NCBI GenBank assembly: GCA_016290885.1
Contig: JAEEVN010000003.1
Span: forward strand, 1,115 to 65,114
Length of the DNA stretch: 64,000 nt
Direction: 5' to 3'
DNA from: Bacillales bacterium
Lineage (GTDB): Bacteria; Bacillota_I; Bacilli_A; RF39; UBA660
Every line of letters starts with the position of its first letter. Position 1 is the stretch's first letter. The notes under the pieces are model-generated. The model made no database searches, was not told the DNA's origin, and saw only the letters and a list, made by a program, of their open reading frames with translations. Of the stretch, positions 1 through 7,431 are shown piece after piece. A program made the position numbers and the translations under genes.

Positions 1-940
1 TATTTTCTGTTCCACCATTAAGATTATATGTAATACCATAATCAATTACGCTATATTTTGCTTCTATTTCTATATCTTCAGTGATAGGTGTAGAGAAATC
101 AAATGCTGCTTCTTTGTTATACCAACCAACAAAATTATACCCAGGAACTGATATTGCATCTGGTTCTTGTATTGCTGTATTATATTGAACTAATCTTTCT
201 TCTTTATTACCATTTATATCAATAGTAACAAGTACTTTATCTTTTAATTTTACTTCACTATTAATACTAAAAATATAATTTAATGTTGCTGCTTTTGCTG
301 CAAATGGAATCATTACTAATAAAATTAATAATGATTTATTTATTTTCTTATTTTTAAGTAATAATATAAATCCAATTGATGATAAAGACATAAGTACTAT
401 ATAAAATACTAAATTATCCCCAGTTACTGGGTTAATTGGTATTGTCTTATCCTCTTCATTGCCATCTTCATCTACTAAAGTTATTTTAAAATCAACGCTA
501 TTATTTACTTCTCTATCATTTTTATTAGTAATTGATGTCTTATAAGTTGCTTTTATGTTAAGATCTAATTCTGCCCCAGAATTAAAATCTTCATTTTCAT
601 GTTTATCATATTCGTAAACTATATTTGGATTAGAGTTATTATCAGTTATTGTTTTAACAGTATATTTTTTAGAATCATTGTTTTTAATAGTTATTAAAAA
701 ATCTACATAGTCATTTACATTACGATAAATAACACTTGTTTCTAAACCATCTCTATTAAAATTTGTAATAGTTGCATCTGTTGTAGTAGATTTATTTACT
801 ATAGTAGCATTTGTTATAACTATATCATCAATACTTGCTAATGCTTTCCCAAAATTGAACGCAGAAAAAATAGACACTACAAATAAGCATGTCAACAATA
901 TTCTTTTAAAAACAAATTGTATATTCTTCTTATTCTTCAT
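1..940 (-). CDS. Secreted/cell-surface protein, 5' part only (gene runs off the window start)
   Basis: Hand translation from the ATG at 940; absent from the ORF track because there is no stop in the window. MKNKKNIQFVFKRILLTCLFVVSIFSAFNFGKALA looks like a signal peptide. I translated the first ~230 codons (940 down to ~241) with no stop; the rest to the window edge I read only quickly. Internal IPINPVTGDN is followed by a hydrophobic stretch and KNKKINK. Downstream VPGYNFVGWY resembles Listeria-Bacteroides (Flg_new-type) repeats. Confidence 0.6.
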   Translation of the reverse strand, partial: MKNKKNIQFVFKRILLTCLFVVSIFSAFNFGKALASIDDIVITNATIVNKSTTTDATITNFNRDGLETSVIYRNVNDYVDFLITIKNNDSKKYTVKTITDNNSNPNIVYEYDKHENEDFNSGAELDLNIKATYKTSITNKNDREVNNSVDFKITLVDEDGNEEDKTIPINPVTGDNLVFYIVLMSLSSIGFILLLKNKKINKSLLILLVMIPFAAKAATLNYIFSINSEVKLKDKVLVTIDINGNKEERLVQYNTAIQEPDAISVPGYNFVGWYNKEAAFDFSTPITEDIEIEAKYSVIDYGITYNLNGGTEN

Positions 941-1048
941 GATATCCTCTATCCTATCCTCTCATTATATTATTATATAATATAATGAATTTTTTTTCTA
1001 TACTATTTCCATTTTTTATCAAAAAAAAGATATCTTTAAGATATCTTT

Positions 1049-1552
1049 CTATTCTAAATCATAAATTTCATCTTGAACAAAATCTAAAGACTCTTCAATC
1101 GAATAATCCAAGATTTCATACTTCAAATCATACTTGTCACTGAAATCTATTGCTACTACAAATGTAGTTTTATAGTCATATTTCTTATCAGTTTGAACAC
1201 CTGATGCAGTTATACAAGAATTACCACTTACACAAGTAAATTTTTCAGTAATATAATATAACTTTTTCTCAGTATTTTTGAAAAATCCTCTATATGTTAT
1301 TTGATCAACGTCCCATAATACTATTTGATCTGGTTGAGCGAGATTACTTTTAGTTTGATAGTTCTTAAAATACTCGCCTAATTCCTTTTTAGTATAAGTA
1401 TGTTTATTTACTACTGGTTCTACTGGAGTAGGATCTTTTGTCTCTGGTGTTTTAGATATATTATAAAGTAATAATATATTAAATCCTAATGACAAAAATG
1501 CTATAAATATAGCAAAAGCATCAAATATTTTCCCTTTTTTCTTCTTATTCAT
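1049..1552 (-). CDS. Hypothetical membrane-anchored protein (N-terminal TM, Cys-containing ectodomain)
   Basis: 167-aa ORF starting 3 nt after the der stop. KKKKGK followed by a hydrophobic helix. No recognisable motif. Confidence 0.5.
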   Translation of the reverse strand: MNKKKKGKIFDAFAIFIAFLSLGFNILLLYNISKTPETKDPTPVEPVVNKHTYTKKELGEYFKNYQTKSNLAQPDQIVLWDVDQITYRGFFKNTEKKLYYITEKFTCVSGNSCITASGVQTDKKYDYKTTFVVAIDFSDKYDLKYEILDYSIEESLDFVQDEIYDLE

Positions 1553-1554
1553 AT

Positions 1555-2862
1555 CTATTCTCCACTTCTATTCTTAAAATTAAAATCTATTGGGCATCCT
1601 TCGAAATCGAAGCTCTCTCTTATTTTATTCTCTAAGTATCTTAAATATGAGAAATGTACTAAACCCTTATCATTAACAAACATATCAAATCTAATAGGTT
1701 CAGTAGATGTTTGTACTGCATAATATATCTTAAGTCTTTTCCCCTTGTAAGAAGGAGCTTTATTTAGATCATATGCATCATTAATTACTGCATTTAAAGT
1801 ACTTGTTTTAATCTCTTTTTTACTATTTTCATATACCTTAATAATTTCTGGCATTAAAGTATGTATTCTAGATCCAGTCTTTGCACTTAAGAATACTATT
1901 GGTACATAAGGTAAAAATTGGAATTCTGCTCTAACAAGTTTAGTATATTCTTTTATATCTTCATCCTTTTTAGTATCCCATTTATTTACTGCAATTACCA
2001 TTGCTTTACCAGCTTCTATAGCATAAGATGCAATATGTTTATCTTGTTCTATAATACCTTCTTCAGCATTAATAACAATTACACATACATTACTTCTTTC
2101 AATAGCTTTCATTGCTCTAAGTAAACTATATTTTTCTACATCCTCATATATTTTACCTTTTTTTCTCATACCTGCGGTATCTATAACAACATATTCCTTT
2201 TTATCATATTTAAGAACAGTATCTATAGAATCTCTAGTAGTTCCAGGTACATTACTAACTATTACTCTATCTTCTTTTACTAATGCATTTACTAAAGAAG
2301 ATTTACCTACATTTGGTCTTCCTATTAAACAAAATTTCATTCTTGGATCATCTTCTAAATCATCTTGTTTAGGGAAATCTTTAACTACTTCATTAAGTAA
2401 ATTATCCATTCCTTTACCATGTTCTGCAGATACTCCAATATAATGTTCAAATCCTAGTTCATAGAAATCCATAGAATTCTTTTTAAATTCATTAGAATCC
2501 ATTTTGTTAATAGCTACTATTACTTTTTTCTTTGATTTATATAGTAATTCACTTACTACTTTATCATTAGCATTTAATCCTTCTTTACCATCTACTACAA
2601 ATATAACTACATCTGCTTCATCAATAGCGATTTCTGCTTGTACTTTGATTTCTAGATTAAATTCTCCTGTGGAAATATCAATTCCGCCAGTATCAATTAA
2701 ATTAAATTTATAATCTTTATAATTTGCTACACCATATATTCTGTCTCTAGTTATACCTGGTGTATTTTCAATAATAGATATTTTTTTCTTTAACATTCTA
2801 TTAAATAAACTAGATTTACCTACATTTGGTCTTCCTACTAACGCAACTGTTGGAATTTTCAT
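1555..2862 (-). CDS. der: Ribosome-associated GTPase Der/EngA (tandem GTPase domains)
   Basis: Two G1 motifs, GRPNVGKSSLFN and GRPNVGKSSLVN; two DTGG/DTAG motifs; NKMD/NKWD; KH-like C-terminus. Start moved to the ATG at 2862 (MKIPTVALVG), preceded by AGAGGTGAG. Confidence 0.95.
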   Translation of the reverse strand: MKIPTVALVGRPNVGKSSLFNRMLKKKISIIENTPGITRDRIYGVANYKDYKFNLIDTGGIDISTGEFNLEIKVQAEIAIDEADVVIFVVDGKEGLNANDKVVSELLYKSKKKVIVAINKMDSNEFKKNSMDFYELGFEHYIGVSAEHGKGMDNLLNEVVKDFPKQDDLEDDPRMKFCLIGRPNVGKSSLVNALVKEDRVIVSNVPGTTRDSIDTVLKYDKKEYVVIDTAGMRKKGKIYEDVEKYSLLRAMKAIERSNVCVIVINAEEGIIEQDKHIASYAIEAGKAMVIAVNKWDTKKDEDIKEYTKLVRAEFQFLPYVPIVFLSAKTGSRIHTLMPEIIKVYENSKKEIKTSTLNAVINDAYDLNKAPSYKGKRLKIYYAVQTSTEPIRFDMFVNDKGLVHFSYLRYLENKIRESFDFEGCPIDFNFKNRSGE

Positions 2863-2920
2863 ATTTCTCACCTCTTTTTCTGTTTAAGTATTATATCATA
2901 AAGAATAAAAAAGAAGAAGA

Positions 2921-3517
2921 TTATTCTTCTTTTCCAAAAACTATTTTTTCAATCTCATTTTGTATTTCTATTTTACCTAGTTTAGTTTTAGAAGAGAATA
3001 ATACTAAATTATCTCCATCTTTTATATTTAATTCTTCATTAATCATTTTTACTTGTTTTTCTCTATCATTTTTACTTACTTTATCTACCTTAGTAGCAAT
3101 AATAGTTACTGGAAGATTATGATAATTTAAGAAATTATACATAAGTAAGTCATCTTGAGTAGGTTTAATTCTAAAATCTATTAATAAAAATACTCTTTCT
3201 AAGCAATCTCTATGTTCTAGGTATTCCTCGATCATTTTACCAAATTTTTGTCTTACTTCTTCACTTACAGTAGCATAACCATAACCTGGTACATCTACTA
3301 AATAGAAAGAATCATTAACATGATAAAAATTTAATGTTTGAGTTTTACCTGGATTAGATGATACTCTAGCTAAATCCTTACGTTCTATAATAGTATTTAT
3401 AAAACTACTCTTACCAACATTACTTCTTCCACATAATAAAAACTCTGGTTTATTATCCTCTGGATATTGACTTTGTCTTACCGCACTAATGGCGAGTTCA
3501 ACAGAATTAATTTTCAT
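2921..3517 (-). CDS. engB: Ribosome biogenesis GTPase EngB/YsxC (YihA)
   Basis: GRSNVGKSSFIN G1 motif, DVPGYGYA, TKVDK. The length and layout are typical of YsxC. Confidence 0.9.
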   Translation of the reverse strand: MKINSVELAISAVRQSQYPEDNKPEFLLCGRSNVGKSSFINTIIERKDLARVSSNPGKTQTLNFYHVNDSFYLVDVPGYGYATVSEEVRQKFGKMIEEYLEHRDCLERVFLLIDFRIKPTQDDLLMYNFLNYHNLPVTIIATKVDKVSKNDREKQVKMINEELNIKDGDNLVLFSSKTKLGKIEIQNEIEKIVFGKEE

Positions 3518-3546
3518 AAAAAATTCACCATTATAATTATAACAAA

Positions 3547-3572
3547 ATAAAAAAAATAAAGCAAATCGCTTT
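3547..3572 (-). terminator. Rho-independent terminator after the small-ORF pair
   Basis: Minus strand reads ATAAAGC-gattt-GCTTTAT followed by a T-run, immediately after the stop of the 47-aa ORF. Confidence 0.55.
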
Positions 3573-3714
3573 ATTTTTTCTTTTTTATATTTAAGCCCAC
3601 GATTAATATTATTGCTATTAAAACTACTCCTGCTACTACAGCTATTACTGTAGGATCAATAGTTATTCCAGTACTCTTTGGTACTTCTGGTCCAATATCA
3701 TCTAAAAAGAACAT
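3571..3714 (-). CDS. Unannotated 47-aa single-pass membrane peptide
   Basis: Hand translation: MFFLDDIGPEVPKSTGITIDPTVIAVVAGVVLIAIILIVGLNIKKKK. GGAGGAAAT sits directly upstream of the ATG. Paralog of the neighbouring 49-aa ORF. Below the ORF-track length cutoff. Confidence 0.55.
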   Translation of the reverse strand: MFFLDDIGPEVPKSTGITIDPTVIAVVAGVVLIAIILIVGLNIKKKK

Positions 3715-3722
3715 ATTTCCTC

Positions 3723-3872
3723 CTATTTCTTTTTTCTAATTACTACTGCTGTTACTAACACTGCAACTACTACAACTATTGCTATGCCAATAATAACTGC
3801 TGGAACAACATAATTAGTTGATTCAACTGGTGTTATTGGTGTATCAGGTGCAACTACATCTAAAAAGTTCAT
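3723..3872 (-). CDS. Unannotated 49-aa single-pass membrane peptide
   Basis: Hand translation: MNFLDVVAPDTPITPVESTNYVVPAVIIGIAIVVVVAVLVTAVVIRKKK. AGGAGGAATAAT lies upstream of the ATG and overlaps the stop of the 114-aa gene. Confidence 0.55.
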   Translation of the reverse strand: MNFLDVVAPDTPITPVESTNYVVPAVIIGIAIVVVVAVLVTAVVIRKKK

Positions 3873-3884
3873 ATTATTCCTCCT

Positions 3885-4229
3885 TTACAATAAACTTATT
3901 AATTTCCCTATAAATAACGATGATGCGTTTAATAATAATGATAATAAAAAGGGATTAATTGCATTATATTTTAATACTTTTTTATATATTAAACCTTCTA
4001 CGAATACTACTAGTATTTCCATGATTATTATACCTATAAGTTCTACGTTATAACCAAAATTTGCATATAAAATTAACTGCGTTGTTACTACTACTGGATT
4101 GGTTATAACATTAACAAGCATAATGTTTAATATATCTTTTTTATCTCTAACACTTAATATAAGTGCTGCTATAAGTTCTATTATTAATGTTAATGCTAAA
4201 CATTCTAATAATGTTAATGGTATATTCAT
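3885..4229 (-). CDS. Small polytopic membrane protein (about 4 TM), function unknown
   Basis: 114-aa hydrophobic ORF, co-directional and tightly linked with the two small peptides and the upstream MFS-like gene. Confidence 0.5.
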   Translation of the reverse strand: MNIPLTLLECLALTLIIELIAALILSVRDKKDILNIMLVNVITNPVVVTTQLILYANFGYNVELIGIIIMEILVVFVEGLIYKKVLKYNAINPFLLSLLLNASSLFIGKLISLL

Positions 4230-4331
4230 TTTTTTAACTCTTTTCTAACAAATATAACTGTTAATATAATTATTATTAACATTAATGCTACATATGACCA
4301 AAATAGTATTTCATTCCCTTGAATATACTCT

Positions 4332-5399
4332 TTAAAAAATATTAATTTCATTTTTTACCCCCTTTAATACATATCCTAATGCTATAGAACATAATACTGA
4401 AGTAATTATAATTACTATAATATTACCTATCATATTTAATCTTATAAAGAATATTGGGGCTGTTCCTAAGAATAATCCTATTGTTGTTAAACCAAATGCA
4501 AGTCCGGGAGTTTTCTTTAATAAGGAAACTAATATTCCTAAAGTAATAGCCATTGTCATTGAGAAGAACATTACTCCAATTAGTGAAATAAACATATTAT
4601 TATCACCAAAACATAGGAATGGTATTGCCAATAAGCATGATCCAATAGCAACTTTTCTAATACCTATCAAATCAGATAATATACCTCCTAAGGCTTTACC
4701 TAGACCCATAGTACAAAAGAATACAATTAACTGAAGAGTAGTTTTATTCCAAGAAGTTGGAATACCATACCCCATATATCCTCTTATTACTACTACTAAA
4801 ACTGCTATCAAAATAACTATTCCTGGAGTTAAATCATCTCTAACATAATTAAATTTATCCATATTACTCTTATTTGGAACACATTTTTTTGATATTAATA
4901 CACAAGGTATAATTGTTAAAATTGCTATTATTAAGAGCAATGGATTTAAACTTGTTCTAGCAAGTAATCTGCCTGTTACTACACCAAAAGAACCACCCGC
5001 AACGAATATAGCAGGAGTACTTAGTCTACCATTAGAAGTTCTTAATGTATCTTCTGCTCCAGCTACGTGTAAAAATGCATTTCCTAAGCAAATTATAATT
5101 AATGATATAGATAATGGTAAATTAGTTAATCCATAAATTAAGTATGAAATAACTAATAATATTACTCCAATTAAACCCATATTTATTTTAGGATATTTAT
5201 CAGAAATATATCCCATTATACTTTGTGGTACAAAGGCAAGACCATCATAAATAAATGGAAATACCCATGCTATCATAGAGTTATGTGTTATTTTAGACAT
5301 ATAGAAAAAGCATACTACTTCTACTATAAAATGGACATAAAAATATAAATATCCAGTCTTTAATTCTCTACTTTTCAATAACTTAAATATCTTAACCAC
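4332..5399 (-). CDS. MFS-like transporter
   Basis: 355 aa with ~10-12 predicted TM segments. GGILSDLIGIRKV resembles the MFS GxLxDRxGRK loop motif, with a first-half counterpart GYISDKYPK. Confidence 0.55.
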   Translation of the reverse strand: MVKIFKLLKSRELKTGYLYFYVHFIVEVVCFFYMSKITHNSMIAWVFPFIYDGLAFVPQSIMGYISDKYPKINMGLIGVILLVISYLIYGLTNLPLSISLIIICLGNAFLHVAGAEDTLRTSNGRLSTPAIFVAGGSFGVVTGRLLARTSLNPLLLIIAILTIIPCVLISKKCVPNKSNMDKFNYVRDDLTPGIVILIAVLVVVIRGYMGYGIPTSWNKTTLQLIVFFCTMGLGKALGGILSDLIGIRKVAIGSCLLAIPFLCFGDNNMFISLIGVMFFSMTMAITLGILVSLLKKTPGLAFGLTTIGLFLGTAPIFFIRLNMIGNIIVIIITSVLCSIALGYVLKGVKNEINIF

Positions 5400-5447
5400 C
5401 TACTTTAATTTAATTATAGCACAAAATAAAAAAATAGACTTAAAAGT

Positions 5448-6860
5448 CTATTTTATGTTTACGATTTTCATCAAATTAGTTGAGTGTGCCTCAAATGTTT
5501 CACCATTGAATCCACCAGTAATTACAACTAAATCTCCTTCATTAAGATTAAATCTTTCTTTAGCTACTTTAATAGAACTATCAATCATCTCATCTGTTGA
5601 TTTATAGAAATCAACTACCCATGTTTCTACACCATAGTATAGAACTAATGATCTTGCTATTTTAGCATCTGCACATGTAGCAAATATAATTGCATTTGGT
5701 TTCATGTTACTTAATTTTCTTGCTGTATAACCAGATAAAGTGCCTGTAACTATTAATTTTGCATCTAATTCATTAGCACATAAACATGCTGACTCTGCAA
5801 CCATTTCTACTATATTATTCTTTCTTATATAATTATAATTTGTATCATAATGTGTATATCCTTCTTGTCTTTCACAAATATTTGCCATAATTCTAACTGT
5901 TTCTACAGGATATTTACCTTGTGCAGTTTCTCCAGATAACATAACAGCATCTGTACCATCAACTATAGCATTAGCAACATCAGATACTTCTGCTCTTGTT
6001 GGTCTAGAGTTTTCTTTCATAGATTCAAGCATTTCTGTTGCAACTATAACGAATTTAGAATGTTCTCTTGCTTTTCTAATTATCATCTTTTGGTAATGTG
6101 GTAAATCTTCAAGAGATGCTTCAACACCAAGATCTCCTCTTGCTACCATTACACCATCTGCTTCATCTATTATTTCATCTATGTTTTTAATAGCCATAGT
6201 ATTTTCTATTTTAGCTATTATCTTCATATTAGAACCTTCATTTTTAATAATTTCTCTAATTTCCATTATATCTTCTTTACAAGATACGAATGAAGCTGCT
6301 AAGAAATCACCATCATTATGACAAGCAAATATAATATCGTTTCTATCTTGTTCACTAATAAATGGTACATTTAAATGTACTCCTGGAGCATTTAAACTCT
6401 TTTTATTTCCAAGAACTCCACCAGAAACTATTTTACATGTAACAGAATCAGAATCTTTTTCTATTACATCAATTTTCATTAAACCGTTTTCTAGTAGTAT
6501 TGAATTACCTACTTCTAAAGAATCAATAACCTCAGGATGGTTAACTGAGAATCTTTCTTCATTACCTATAACAGTTTCTTTAACTACTTTAATAGTATTA
6601 CCTTCAACTAAGTTAATACCACCTTCTTGTACTTCACCATTTCTGAATTCTGGCCCTTTAGTATCATATAAAATAGCTATATTCTTCTTAGCTCTTTTCT
6701 TTGCTTCTAAAACATTATCTACTGTTTCTCTAGCGCTTTCATAAGTAGCATGGCTAAAATTAATTCTAGCACAGTTCATACCTACATTAATCATTTTTTC
6801 TATAGTATCTACATTATTACTTGCAGGTCCTATACTACATATAATCTTTGTCTTTTTCAT
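5448..6860 (-). CDS. pyk: Pyruvate kinase
   Basis: MKKTKIICSIGPAS, MNCARINFSH, YDTKGPEFR, MVARGDLGVE and ATEMLESM motifs. Start moved to the ATG at 6860 (RBS AAAGGTGAT). Confidence 0.95.
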   Translation of the reverse strand: MKKTKIICSIGPASNNVDTIEKMINVGMNCARINFSHATYESARETVDNVLEAKKRAKKNIAILYDTKGPEFRNGEVQEGGINLVEGNTIKVVKETVIGNEERFSVNHPEVIDSLEVGNSILLENGLMKIDVIEKDSDSVTCKIVSGGVLGNKKSLNAPGVHLNVPFISEQDRNDIIFACHNDGDFLAASFVSCKEDIMEIREIIKNEGSNMKIIAKIENTMAIKNIDEIIDEADGVMVARGDLGVEASLEDLPHYQKMIIRKAREHSKFVIVATEMLESMKENSRPTRAEVSDVANAIVDGTDAVMLSGETAQGKYPVETVRIMANICERQEGYTHYDTNYNYIRKNNIVEMVAESACLCANELDAKLIVTGTLSGYTARKLSNMKPNAIIFATCADAKIARSLVLYYGVETWVVDFYKSTDEMIDSSIKVAKERFNLNEGDLVVITGGFNGETFEAHSTNLMKIVNIK

Positions 6861-6902
6861 AAATATCACCTTTACCAATTATAACAAATTTTGATAAAAG
6901 AA

Positions 6903-6925
6903 AAAAGTGGAAAAATCCACTTTTT
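6903..6925 (-). terminator. Hairpin terminator between hsp20 and pyk
   Basis: AAGTGGA-ttttt-TCCACTT flanked by A/T runs, so it could act in both directions. Confidence 0.55.
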
Positions 6926-7304
6926 ACTCTATATCTATATATTTTTTAGATGATTCTATCTTTTTCATAGGAAGAGTTACTGTTAATACTCCATCATTGA
7001 ATGAAGCTTTAATATTTTCTTCATCGATATCTCCTAAATAGAATGATCTAGAACATTTTTCATGTCTATGAATTTCTCTTCTGATATATTTCTTATCATC
7101 GGATTCTTTATTATCATAGTTCTTTTCAGCTTGGATTGTTAAAGTACCATCTTCACATTCAATCTTGATTTCATCCTTCTTAAATCCTGGAACTGAAGCT
7201 TCTACGATAGTGTTTCCATCCTTTTCATAGATATCACATTTCATTCTTCCTTCCATTTTTGGTTCATCAAACCAATCATCAAATATAAATCTACTTGGTA
7301 ACAT
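6924..7304 (-). CDS. Small heat-shock protein, Hsp20/alpha-crystallin family
   Basis: Alpha-crystallin-like core (DIYEKDGNTIVEASVPGFKKDEIKIE ... ASFNDGVLTVTLP). GGAG at 7314-7317 favours the ATG at 7304; 7310 is also possible. Confidence 0.85.
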   Translation of the reverse strand: MLPSRFIFDDWFDEPKMEGRMKCDIYEKDGNTIVEASVPGFKKDEIKIECEDGTLTIQAEKNYDNKESDDKKYIRREIHRHEKCSRSFYLGDIDEENIKASFNDGVLTVTLPMKKIESSKKYIDIE

Positions 7305-7354
7305 AAACATCACTCCTTTTTTTGTTACTAAGGGTTTTACACCTTACAAATATA

Positions 7355-7382
7355 ATTATACTCAAAAATTAGCACTTGTCAA
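7355..7382 (-). promoter_or_regulatory. SigA-type promoter of hsp20, embedded in the CIRCE operator
   Basis: Minus strand has TTGACA (7382-7377), a 16-nt spacer, then TATAAT (7360-7355). The -35 box lies inside the CIRCE spacer. Confidence 0.6.
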
Positions 7383-7395
7383 TAGAGAGTGCTAA
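7369..7395 (-). promoter_or_regulatory. CIRCE inverted repeat (HrcA operator)
   Basis: TTAGCACTT-gtcaataga-GAGTGCTAA, against the consensus TTAGCACTC-N9-GAGTGCTAA. Confidence 0.85.
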
Positions 7396-7408
7396 TTTTA
7401 CACATAAA

Positions 7409-7431
7409 AAAGAAAACTATTTCTAGTTTTC
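7409..7431 (-). terminator. Terminator closing the T4SS operon
   Basis: GAAAACTA-gaaa-TAGTTTTC plus a T-run on the minus strand, overlapping the coupling-protein stop codon. Confidence 0.55.

Noticed and set aside
3571-3872. Reading the two small peptides as leaderless bacteriocins or sortase substrates
   Set aside because: They are dominated by one TM helix with a Lys tail and an acidic N-terminus, unlike cationic leaderless bacteriocins. PKSTG and ESTN are not canonical LPxTG-type motifs. I keep them only as unknown membrane peptides.
4230-4331. Possible 18-aa ORF (MLIIIILTVIFVRKELKK) overlapping the start of the 114-aa gene
   Set aside because: There is no convincing RBS, it is very short, and the composition is what any frame of this AT-rich spacer would give.
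7314-7430. att-like direct repeats bounding the T4SS island (compared with 20796-20879)
   Set aside because: I could not see a shared repeat of useful length by eye. It needs a computed repeat search, so no att sites are claimed.
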